NCBI GenBank assembly: GCA_964590105.1
Contig: CAZPYM010000001.1
Location: 431,782-495,781, forward strand
Direction of reading: 5' to 3'
Length of the DNA: 64,000 nt
Origin: an uncultured Gammaproteobacteria bacterium
GTDB lineage: Bacteria > Patescibacteriota > Patescibacteriia > UBA11705 > JABHMO01
The stretch's first letter is position 1. Every line of letters starts with the position of its first letter. Positions 56,548-64,000 of the stretch are shown piece by piece. Under the pieces are notes generated by a model. That model did not search any database, was not told the origin of the DNA, and was given only the letters and a program-made list of their open reading frames with translations. The translations under genes and the position numbers were made by a program.

Positions 56548-57144
56548 TTATTTATTATTGACTACTACCTTCGCCGCCTGAACACATTTTTTGTTCAGCA
56601 TATATCCAGGTCGAATTTCTTTTATAACTTGGCCATCTTTTTCTTGCTCTGAAGGACGCTCCATAGTTCTGCCGGAGACAGCCTGTGGCGTGCTTGCCGG
56701 AGCGGCTGAATTTTCCACCGTTCCACCGGAGGCAAATTGTGGAGCGCTTGCGGGAGCGGCTGAATCTTCCACCGCCTCGTGCAGACCAGGATCAAATTTT
56801 TCTCCGACAGTCTTGATGGTCTCAACTCCATTTTGCGCCAGGAAATCCTCCAGTTGCTTTTTGATGTAACCGAAACCGATTACCCATGGACTATCTTTTT
56901 CATTTTCCGGAATCTGACTAAACGCCGCTTTGAAATTATCCAAAACCGGCAATATTTCCATGATCAAATTCGCATTTGCGTATCGAACATAGTCTATTCT
57001 CTTTGCATCAAATTCTTTTACTAAATTCTGATAGTCAGCTTGTGCTCTTTTCCAGCCGTTTAGGTACTCTTCACATTTTTGCTTAAGATCTTCTTCCTTA
57101 CTTTTACCTTTAACCTTTGGTCTTTTAACTTCTTTTTCTGCCAT
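56548..57144 (-). CDS. grpE: nucleotide exchange factor GrpE (with an in-frame internal tandem duplication)
   Basis: GrpE coiled-coil and beta-domain motifs; C-terminal AAPASAPQFASGGTVENSAAPASTPQAVSG repeat. Confidence 0.85.
   Translation of the reverse strand: MAEKEVKRPKVKGKSKEEDLKQKCEEYLNGWKRAQADYQNLVKEFDAKRIDYVRYANANLIMEILPVLDNFKAAFSQIPENEKDSPWVIGFGYIKKQLEDFLAQNGVETIKTVGEKFDPGLHEAVEDSAAPASAPQFASGGTVENSAAPASTPQAVSGRTMERPSEQEKDGQVIKEIRPGYMLNKKCVQAAKVVVNNK
56684..56774. repeat. about 54-bp period tandem duplication inside grpE (TGTGGNGNGCTTGCSGGAGCGGCTGAATYTTCCACCG twice)
   Basis: Read directly, 56684-56720 against 56738-56774. Confidence 0.7.
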
Positions 57145-57149
57145 ATATT

Positions 57150-57842
57150 TTATGTTAATAATTTTACTGACTCTCGCACCAAGGCATAATTTTTTTGATA
57201 ATTCATGCGCATTGGACCGATAAGAGCAATTATTCCTTTATATTTTCCTAATTGGTATTTAAAAACTACTAAACTACAATCACAACCGAGCGGATTATTT
57301 GAACCGATCAGAACCTCCGCCTCTTGAATCGCCTTTTTATCAAGCTCAATAATTTTTGAATCCAGGCGATCAATTACCGAAGACAGGTTGACTACCAAGT
57401 CTGATCGCTGAAATTCCGGCTGGGAAAAAATATTTGACAGGCCGGTGTAATAATTGTCGCATTCTGCAAAGGTGACCATTACACCCTGCTTTGACAGTTC
57501 GGCAATTTTTTGGGCGAAATTTTTTATTTTAAGCCGATCTTCTGTTTGTTGTTTTTTTATTTCAAGTAATATTTTGTTTTCTAGCTCGGTTAATTGCTTT
57601 GTTTTATCCAAATAATTTTCAACATAAAACTGATAAGCTTTTTCTGTCGGAACCCGTCCGGCAGAAGTGTGCGGCTGGAAAACGTAACCTTCTTTTTCCA
57701 AAGCAACTAATTCATTTCTCACCGTTGCAGGGCTAAGCTTTTCTTTCATTTTGGCGACTAAAAAACTTGAGGCCAAAGGTTTTGCATCTTTTATAAATGC
57801 CTCAATAATTCGTTTTAATATTTTTCTTTGTCTTTCGTTCAT
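57150..57842 (-). CDS. hrcA: heat-inducible transcription repressor HrcA (ORF-track start 57860 would be TTG; ATG at 57842)
   Basis: N-terminal winged HTH (RQRKILKRIIEAFI...PATVRNELVALEKEG), HrcA C-terminal domain; CIRCE immediately upstream. Confidence 0.8.
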   Translation of the reverse strand: MNERQRKILKRIIEAFIKDAKPLASSFLVAKMKEKLSPATVRNELVALEKEGYVFQPHTSAGRVPTEKAYQFYVENYLDKTKQLTELENKILLEIKKQQTEDRLKIKNFAQKIAELSKQGVMVTFAECDNYYTGLSNIFSQPEFQRSDLVVNLSSVIDRLDSKIIELDKKAIQEAEVLIGSNNPLGCDCSLVVFKYQLGKYKGIIALIGPMRMNYQKNYALVRESVKLLT

Positions 57843-57864
57843 ACTAAACCATTCTAACAAACAA

Positions 57865-57891
57865 TTAGCACTCCTGTCAAGTGAGTGCTAA
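57865..57891. promoter_or_regulatory. CIRCE operator (TTAGCACTC-N9-GAGTGCTAA), perfect consensus, with TTGACA -35 inside the spacer and TAGAAT -10 just downstream on the minus strand
   Basis: TTAGCACTC 57865-57873, spacer CTGTCAAGT, GAGTGCTAA 57883-57891; minus strand reads TTGACA (57875-57880) then TAGAAT (57851-57856). Confidence 0.9.
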
Positions 57892-57927
57892 TTTGTTACT
57901 TTTTTCGCTTTTGCGTTGTAAGGGTTC

Positions 57928-57941
57928 GCGTAGTTTCGCGT
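57928..57941 (+). repeat. 14-bp motif GCGTAGTTTCGCGT (copy 2, preceded by GGGTTCGCG)
   Basis: Identical to 54138-54151. Confidence 0.8.
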
Positions 57942-59798
57942 CTACTTCACTACCCCATCTTTCAATTTCCCCTTGCTGTCATAAATAAGTTTCGTCGTCA
58001 CCGTTCCTAAATCTTTTCGTATCAGCTTGCCAGTGGCTTTGTCTGCTCCGGAAATAGTTAAATCAGTCAGGAGAGCAGGATATGTCCCCTTTTGTCCAGC
58101 CGTCGGAATAATGCCTACCTCAAAAGCAAATCCAATATTTTCCGGATTAACCGGAACCTTGGAAATCTGCCAGGTTAATGTTTTGGTTGCATCGTCATAT
58201 TTAATCGGGTCGCCGACCGGCACATTGGTTTTTTCATTCCAGCTGACATTGAAGGGCAGGGTGGCGGAAACCGTAACGTTCTCAACATCATTAATATCAT
58301 TAATCATTTTGGCAAAAATCCAATATTTGGTTTCCTTGCCAACTCGCGGTGGAATTGAGCCGCGACCGAGCTGATCGCCGGTTTTCGCGTAATACATTGG
58401 ATAGGCTTGGACTGATAAATTGCTATTCAATTGAAATCCCAAAGTTGGCGCAAAGAATCCCGCCTCTTGCCCTTCGGCTTTAAACCCATACGACAAGGCG
58501 CTGTTCAAAGTTCTCGACTGACTGCCGGCCACATATTCCCTGGTGCCAATACTTAACTTGATCTCACCTGATTCGCCGGGTTGGATCAAGGCCAGCCGCG
58601 GAATCTCTTGAAAATCCCAGGCAATCATTTGCTCTTCAAATCGACCATTATCCATCTGAATATTTTTCAAATCCCAATAATCATCTGATAAATCAAGCTT
58701 AAATGAGACGTTCTCAATAGTATGGCCGCCCTTATTAAAATATGAAATCATTGCCTCAACTGACTGGCCGGGAGTAATTGTCCCATCGCCCGAGGCGCTA
58801 AATTTGACTTCAAATTTTGGATCGAAAATTTCAATTGAATAAACTTTTTGCGCCTGCAACAATTCCTGGCCGTTCGGGCTTTTCCAGATTAATTCGAAAG
58901 TTAAATCAGCTGACTCCCGGTCTGTTTCAGCTGCCAAGCCAAAGGCCAGACTGTATTTTTCTTCGTGATCCAAATCAATTTGCCAAGTGTAATCATCTTG
59001 CTGAAGCGGTTTGCCGGCAAATGAGGTTCGCAAAGATAATTGTTGATAATCGGTGGAAGCATTATTATTGGCTATCTCGCCGGTAATCTCAATCTTCTGA
59101 TTTTTTATCATTTGAGCCGGCGTATCAGTCGTGAGAACCAGGAAACTACTACCAATGTTGTAACGGAAAAATTTTGTTTTGCTGAATTGTCCCCACAGCC
59201 GTTCGCCCTTTTTGTCGGTTTTGTAAAAGCTGGCATTAACCACCAAATTATAATCCTCTCCAATACTGCCAAATGTTCTGACTTTTATTAAGATCTTGCC
59301 ATTAGCCCCTGGCCCCAGATCGCCAAGATGAAGAGTGTTGTGATTAAAATCATAACCGGCGGCGGAAACATCCAACAATTCAAAATAGCCTTCGTATTTA
59401 AAGCTCAAATTTACTTCTTGAAGAGGAAATTTATTTTCATTGGAATAATCAACCTGAAAAACTGTTTCCTGTCCGCTGATCAAAGCCTCCCTCGGACCAG
59501 ATACTTCCAGCTGGAAATTATCAGAAAAATAATGAAATCCGCCCCAGAGCCAAAATATATTCAAGCCAATCAAAACCAAAACTCCGGCCGCGATTAACAG
59601 ATCCATTACCAAATGTTTTTTATTGAATTTATATCTTACATTCCACCGCTGTTTTAATCTTTTGTGCGGATATGTAATTATATTGACAATCACATTCTTT
59701 TTGCCCGCTTTGTCCGCCGCTTTGATAATGTCTTCCTCAATTTTTTCCAAATCATCGCCATTGGAATCGACTTCGAATGTTTTAATTTTCTTTCCCAT
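57942..59798 (-). CDS. large hypothetical membrane-anchored protein with an extracellular beta-rich domain
   Basis: N-terminal cytoplasmic segment, TM (LLIAAGVLVLIGLNIFWLWGGF), long extracellular region; no family recognised. Confidence 0.5.
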   Translation of the reverse strand: MGKKIKTFEVDSNGDDLEKIEEDIIKAADKAGKKNVIVNIITYPHKRLKQRWNVRYKFNKKHLVMDLLIAAGVLVLIGLNIFWLWGGFHYFSDNFQLEVSGPREALISGQETVFQVDYSNENKFPLQEVNLSFKYEGYFELLDVSAAGYDFNHNTLHLGDLGPGANGKILIKVRTFGSIGEDYNLVVNASFYKTDKKGERLWGQFSKTKFFRYNIGSSFLVLTTDTPAQMIKNQKIEITGEIANNNASTDYQQLSLRTSFAGKPLQQDDYTWQIDLDHEEKYSLAFGLAAETDRESADLTFELIWKSPNGQELLQAQKVYSIEIFDPKFEVKFSASGDGTITPGQSVEAMISYFNKGGHTIENVSFKLDLSDDYWDLKNIQMDNGRFEEQMIAWDFQEIPRLALIQPGESGEIKLSIGTREYVAGSQSRTLNSALSYGFKAEGQEAGFFAPTLGFQLNSNLSVQAYPMYYAKTGDQLGRGSIPPRVGKETKYWIFAKMINDINDVENVTVSATLPFNVSWNEKTNVPVGDPIKYDDATKTLTWQISKVPVNPENIGFAFEVGIIPTAGQKGTYPALLTDLTISGADKATGKLIRKDLGTVTTKLIYDSKGKLKDGVVK

Positions 59799-59840
59799 AT
59801 TTTATTTTATTATTCTTCATCTGACACGCGCCATGAAATA

Positions 59841-59900
59841 TTTATTGTTATTTGTTATTTGTTTGTAATTTGTTATTTGTCATTTGTAATTTTCATGTTT
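59841..59900. repeat. heptamer tandem repeat, family TTTGTAA (TTGTTATTTGTTATTTGTTTGTAATTTGTTATTTGTCATTTGTAATTTT)
   Basis: Read directly. Confidence 0.7.
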
Positions 59901-60170
59901 TATCTTCCTTATAATTATCATTCCTGCAATATACAAAAAAATCGGTTTGATGAATAAAATTAAAAGTCCAAGTCCGTCGCTGCCAACCTTGACTAAGCCG
60001 GAACGATCGGCACTATAAATCGGATTGGCCATTATTCGGTGAACAATCAAGTTAAGCCAAACAAAAACGACCAAGCTTAAAACGATCATTAAACTCAATT
60101 CAGTTTTTTGAGTAAAATAATATTTTAGCAAAGTGGATAAGTAAAGTTTGTATTTTTGAATTCTCGTCAT
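59880..60170 (-). CDS. small hypothetical membrane protein (96 aa)
   Basis: Two or three hydrophobic segments; the start overlaps the repeat. Confidence 0.35.
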   Translation of the reverse strand: MTRIQKYKLYLSTLLKYYFTQKTELSLMIVLSLVVFVWLNLIVHRIMANPIYSADRSGLVKVGSDGLGLLILFIKPIFLYIAGMIIIRKIKHENYK

Positions 60171-60196
60171 AATAATAATTTAGTACTAATTCTTCC

Positions 60197-60907
60197 TTAC
60201 AAATATAGAATATCAATAGAATGTCTGACATTAATTATACAATGGCCGCCAACCTCTTTGCCAATTAGATCTTTGATTATTTCATCTTTGTTCTCCGCGT
60301 AAAACTTTTTATTTTCTGTTCCCTGAAAAAAGAACCTCAAAATTTCATACATTTCCGCTGCGTTTTGAGTTTTTATTTGAGCAGAGAAAGGATGCTTCTC
60401 GTGTTTTATTTTATTTGAACTAAAATAATCATACCTATCTGGACAGCTTGAAAATTGTGACAAATTGGTATTAAAATCAAAAAATTGATTATCAAACTTG
60501 TTTTTCGAATTTACATCAATAACCATGACAATCCCATTTTTTGATAATAACCTTTTCATCTTAGCGAAAAAATTATCCCAGGATTGATATGGTATTTCCC
60601 ACAACACATAAGCAACTAAGATGACATCAAAAAACATGTCGGTCCGGAATTCAAAAAAACTTTGTTTGCTAAAAGTGACTTTTGGATTAGCTTCAACATC
60701 TTTATTTAATCTAAATTCCTTATCTATAGCCACGATCTGATTAAAAAATTTTATAATTGGTTGCAATATCTCTCCGGTACCACAACCGATATCTAAAAGA
60801 TTATTATATTTTTTTCGATCCAAAACCTTAATCAAATTTCTCTTAATAACCTCTTTCTCGTTTGAATAAAAAATGTATTTTTGAATTAAAGTCGTATAGT
60901 CCTTCAT
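60197..60907 (-). CDS. class I SAM-dependent methyltransferase
   Basis: Motif I LLDIGCGTGEI. Confidence 0.6.
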   Translation of the reverse strand: MKDYTTLIQKYIFYSNEKEVIKRNLIKVLDRKKYNNLLDIGCGTGEILQPIIKFFNQIVAIDKEFRLNKDVEANPKVTFSKQSFFEFRTDMFFDVILVAYVLWEIPYQSWDNFFAKMKRLLSKNGIVMVIDVNSKNKFDNQFFDFNTNLSQFSSCPDRYDYFSSNKIKHEKHPFSAQIKTQNAAEMYEILRFFFQGTENKKFYAENKDEIIKDLIGKEVGGHCIINVRHSIDILYL

Positions 60908-60962
60908 AGCGTCTTGCCTTAAATTTTAAAATTTGATTTTCATTATTCCTCTCGCGCCCGCC

Positions 60963-62996
60963 TTAAAACCCCGCCAGCGTAAAAACATCGGCAGTGGTGG
61001 CGATAATTTCAACTTTTCCATCGCCGTCTGTGTCTGAAGTTACAACTTTGACACCGGCCCGCAAATTTTTGTCAAAAGCGAAAAAATCAGGACCATCCGC
61101 CTTACCGTTTTTATCAAAAGACTTAACGTGCGGTCCGCCGCCATTGCCCGGCCCCGTGATAATTTCATCCACGCCGTCGCCGTCAATATCGCCGGCCGCC
61201 ACATTTACCCCGCCACGAAATTTCGGATCATAGGCGAAAAATCCCGGATTAATACAACGTCCGTCAGGCGCGAAAACGCGCACATGAGGGCCCCCGCCAA
61301 AACCAGCGCCGGTTACTATTTCATACCAACCGTCGCCATCCAAATCAGCAATGGTAACATTCACGCCGCCGCGAAATTCCGGGCCATAGGCAAAAAATCC
61401 CGGATTAATCAGTTTGCCACTGCTGTTAAAAATTCTGACTTGCGGTCCGCCACCTTTTTCCGTGCCGGTAATTATTTCCATTGTGCCGTTATTATCCAGA
61501 TCACCGACAGTAATATTAATACCACTATCGTACTTTTCTGTATATGGAAAAAAGCTGGTTATTAATTCGCCTTTTGAATTATAAATTTTTACTTGATTAA
61601 TGTCCGCCACTAGAATTTCTTTTTGCCCATCATTATTTATGTCTTTCTCAATTATCTGACTTCCGCCTTTGTAATTTTCATTGTAGGCAAAAAATCCGGT
61701 TCTAGCCACATGGCCGAACTCGTTGTAAACTTTGGCAAACGAGCCATTGACATAAGTGGCATTATAAATATTTTCAATCGGCCGAAGCAGGACAAGGCCG
61801 TCATTGGCCGCCAAATCCACATAATCGACAAAAGAGCCGTCATTGGTCAGCGCGTCCTGCGTACCATGCAATTTTTCATATTCGCCGCCAAGATCAAGTC
61901 CATATTCTTTGTTCGTGGAATTAACCAGAATCAAGCCGTTTTTAAAATCCCGGCGCCACAAGCCCTCGGCATATGTTTTGGAATTATTAAGAACATTTGT
62001 TGCTTGCCCGGCCGGCTCGCCAAGATATGCTTCATACTCGTCATACCACCATATTTCCCGATGGCTCTGATCGCCATTATCAAAGCTGTAATAACCGTTA
62101 TCAAGAAGCGCGCTCGCCAGACCAAAACGCATTTTTTTGTAATCCTGACTATTTCCTGAGTTATTTACGTTGGCATTAAGAATGCTGAGCGATGGATGCG
62201 CGCCATTACTATTTACAAATGAATATTTTTTCAGAGTTTCAGCCCAACCCTTGGCTGGAAAATGTTCATACAACACTCCATTTAAATATTTGTAATAATA
62301 GTCGCCGCCATTACCCATTATCAAAGCGTCTTCACCCAAGAGCATGCGGGTATTGCCAAGCAAGACTTCCATGCCTTCGCGCCACTTATTATTAATTTCA
62401 CCGATTGGTTCTGCCACGCCGTTCTGATCAAGGTCAATATTATAAGATTCCATAAAGGAAAGATCATCCCAGACATTATCATAAAATACTCCATCCCAAT
62501 AACCGCTGGCCATTAATTCATTTTTCACAAACAACGGCAAAACATCCTGCCAGCGCTTACCGTTTTTAATGGGCGCGTTTGAAGTCACATTAAGCATCGG
62601 ATTTGGCGCCCACCAAGCGACTTTCTTCCCGCCTGAATCTTTTAGCCACCAGCTCTCATCAATCTGCTGATATAATTTTTGTCGGAGCGTCCCTGCGAGC
62701 GTACCCGAGTCTCCCCGGATTTCTTCAGACGCAATGTAAGCCAAAAGTTTTACATCAGGATTTAATTTTTTAATTAATTTCAAACTTTCCGGCGAATAGG
62801 TCTGCACTTCCATGGCAATGATAAGCACATCCCATTTGGCTAATTCTTTTGCTTCTTCCGTTGTAATATCCCAGCGGAAAAATAGATTCGCCAGCTTTGG
62901 ATATTGATTGTGATTCAAATCAGCTCCCGTGGTGATAAACAAGGGAGTTATAATTAAAAATAAAATAATTGTTGTGTATAAAAACTTTTTACGCAT
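60963..62996 (-). CDS. secreted protein with an N-terminal glycoside-hydrolase-like (TIM-barrel-like) domain and C-terminal FG-GAP/VCBS repeats
   Basis: Signal peptide; five or more repeats of D(L/I)D(N/G)(N/D)G..EI(I/V)TG.G.GGGP(Q/H)V(R/K).F. Confidence 0.6.
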   Translation of the reverse strand: MRKKFLYTTIILFLIITPLFITTGADLNHNQYPKLANLFFRWDITTEEAKELAKWDVLIIAMEVQTYSPESLKLIKKLNPDVKLLAYIASEEIRGDSGTLAGTLRQKLYQQIDESWWLKDSGGKKVAWWAPNPMLNVTSNAPIKNGKRWQDVLPLFVKNELMASGYWDGVFYDNVWDDLSFMESYNIDLDQNGVAEPIGEINNKWREGMEVLLGNTRMLLGEDALIMGNGGDYYYKYLNGVLYEHFPAKGWAETLKKYSFVNSNGAHPSLSILNANVNNSGNSQDYKKMRFGLASALLDNGYYSFDNGDQSHREIWWYDEYEAYLGEPAGQATNVLNNSKTYAEGLWRRDFKNGLILVNSTNKEYGLDLGGEYEKLHGTQDALTNDGSFVDYVDLAANDGLVLLRPIENIYNATYVNGSFAKVYNEFGHVARTGFFAYNENYKGGSQIIEKDINNDGQKEILVADINQVKIYNSKGELITSFFPYTEKYDSGINITVGDLDNNGTMEIITGTEKGGGPQVRIFNSSGKLINPGFFAYGPEFRGGVNVTIADLDGDGWYEIVTGAGFGGGPHVRVFAPDGRCINPGFFAYDPKFRGGVNVAAGDIDGDGVDEIITGPGNGGGPHVKSFDKNGKADGPDFFAFDKNLRAGVKVVTSDTDGDGKVEIIATTADVFTLAGF

Positions 62997-63000
62997 TCAA

Positions 63001-63060
63001 CGTTTATTAAGCTCAAAGTTACAAGCTCAAAGTTCAAAGTAAATTTAAAATTTCAAATAT
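63001..63060. repeat. A-rich heptamer words (GCTCAAAGTTACAAGCTCAAAGTTCAAAGTAAATTTAAAA), left arm of inverted repeats flanking the four-helix-bundle gene
   Basis: The reverse complement of 63505-63565 gives CCAAGTCCAAAGCTCAAAGTTCAAAAATCAAAGTAAACTTCAAG..., sharing the GCTCAAAGTTCAAA and CAAAGTAAA words. Confidence 0.6.
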
Positions 63061-63070
63061 AAAACTTCAA

Positions 63071-63493
63071 CTAATCACAAGGAGAATCCTCCCTACTGAC
63101 GTCTTCGTGCTTGTCAACTGCTGTTTTAATTCTTGTTCCTTCCCTATCATGCACTATTGAAGCGAAAATTTTCGTTAATTCAAATGCTTCTTGAGCTGAA
63201 GCCATTCTCTCTGTTTCCAAAATGCTATCTTCAGGAACGCATAGCAATCGCAACCACAATCTGCTTTCCTTAGCTTCTTTCCGACAAAGCTTTAACCTAT
63301 GTAATTCGTCTTTCTTGCTTATTGCTTCGCAAGCTTCTATATAATTGGCGGCTACTGAACCAGATGATCTAATCACCTGTTTGCCATCTTCAATGTTTGA
63401 GGTAGTTTTAGGTATCTGGCAAACATGCGCTCTAACCCTTTTGGCAAAATTAAAAGTTCTTTCTTCTAGATCATACTTTTTGTCTTGAAGCAT
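63071..63493 (-). CDS. four-helix-bundle protein of the family usually encoded inside 23S rRNA intervening sequences
   Basis: DLEERTFNFAKRV...SSGSVAANYIEA...SKKDELHRLKLCRKEAKESRLWLRL resembles the recalled family consensus (DLxxR.F.FA..V......P..........QL.RSATSIGANIAEG...S.KDF...L.IA.GE..ET..WL). Confidence 0.65.
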   Translation of the reverse strand: MLQDKKYDLEERTFNFAKRVRAHVCQIPKTTSNIEDGKQVIRSSGSVAANYIEACEAISKKDELHRLKLCRKEAKESRLWLRLLCVPEDSILETERMASAQEAFELTKIFASIVHDREGTRIKTAVDKHEDVSREDSPCD

Positions 63494-63499
63494 ATGCCA

Positions 63500-63565
63500 G
63501 TATTTAAATTTTTAACTTTAGACTTGAAGTTTACTTTGATTTTTGAACTTTGAGCTTTGGACTTG
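63500..63565. repeat. T-rich heptamer words (TTTAAATTTTTAACTTTAGACTTGAAGTTTACTTTGATTTTTGAACTTTGAGCTTTGGACTTGG), right arm of the inverted repeats
   Basis: Approximately the reverse complement of 63001-63060. Confidence 0.6.
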
Positions 63566-63566
63566 G

Positions 63567-64000
63567 TTAACCGAGCTTCACTCCGCCTTTATCCAAAACG
63601 CCTTCATAACAGCGCATCAACCGTTGATAATATTCGCTTGAACAATTTTTGTGTTCAACCGCCTGCCGCGCGTTTCTGCCCAATTGTTCGAGGCTATCAG
63701 TTTCATTGAAATGTTGGCTAATTTTTGCCCGCAAATCCTTTAGATTACCGGCCTCAAAATGCCAGCCGTTTACTCCGTCGGCAATCATTTCGTTCAGCCC
63801 ACCCAAATTGGCGGCCAGCACCGGTTTACCAAGCGCCATTGCTTCGATGGCCAGCATCGGATAATTTTCATACCATTCCGACGGCATGACTACAAATCTG
63901 GCATTCTTTATACAAGCAAAAAGTTCCTGGTCATATTTTGCACCCAAATATTCAACATTTTTTATTTGCTTTCTGGCAATAAAATTTTCAATCAGCTTTT
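63567..64000 (-). CDS. family 1 glycosyltransferase, C-terminal part (gene continues beyond the window end)
   Basis: EWYENYPMLAIEAMALGKPVLAANLGGLNEMI is a GT4 C-terminal motif; the reading frame stays open to position 64000. Confidence 0.6.
   Translation of the reverse strand, partial: KLIENFIARKQIKNVEYLGAKYDQELFACIKNARFVVMPSEWYENYPMLAIEAMALGKPVLAANLGGLNEMIADGVNGWHFEAGNLKDLRAKISQHFNETDSLEQLGRNARQAVEHKNCSSEYYQRLMRCYEGVLDKGGVKLG

Noticed and set aside
13778-63565. Possibility that the short tandem repeats are CRISPR arrays
   Set aside because: Period is 7-8 bp with degenerate units and no unique spacers; the arrays are under 100 bp; no cas genes are present.

Overview
This 64-kb window reads as a Patescibacteria/CPR-like chromosome segment with about 42-45% GC. 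Roughly 70 genes lie mostly on the minus strand. The recognisable housekeeping genes are rpsK-rpsM-rpmJ-infA, mutL, mutS, alaS, mnmA, recJ, rnhA, lepA, murJ, ackA plus a pduL-type acyltransferase, glyQS, frr, holB, mreB, dusB, cysS, and the hrcA-grpE-dnaK heat-shock operon with a textbook CIRCE operator, followed by a separately transcribed dnaJ. A complete type IV pilus locus (three tandem pilins, pilC, pilB, pilM/N/O-like) is also present. I found no rRNA, tRNA or CRISPR. The most unusual signal is a set of eight short, compositionally distinct cassettes (about 46-60% GC) wedged into intergenic gaps between conserved housekeeping genes. Most carry a near-consensus sigma70 promoter (TTGACx-17-TAtAAT, several with an extended TGn -10), all begin at a strong Shine-Dalgarno, and most end at an intrinsic terminator. 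Their products include an unknown 470-aa alpha-helical repeat protein between mutL and mutS, a 142-aa highly acidic protein that is a DNA-mimic candidate, a calcineurin-like metallophosphoesterase, an HD-domain small alarmone hydrolase, AdoMetDC, a secreted repeat protein, a small two-helix membrane protein and a toxin-antitoxin-like pair. A second recurring signal is families of degenerate 7-8 bp tandem word repeats in intergenic spacers. Some of these form long imperfect palindromes, including inverted copies flanking a free-standing gene of the '23S rRNA IVS / four-helix-bundle' family. Identical 14-bp direct repeats bracket the heat-shock operon. All calls rest on reading the sequence and ORF translations by eye; no database searches were run.
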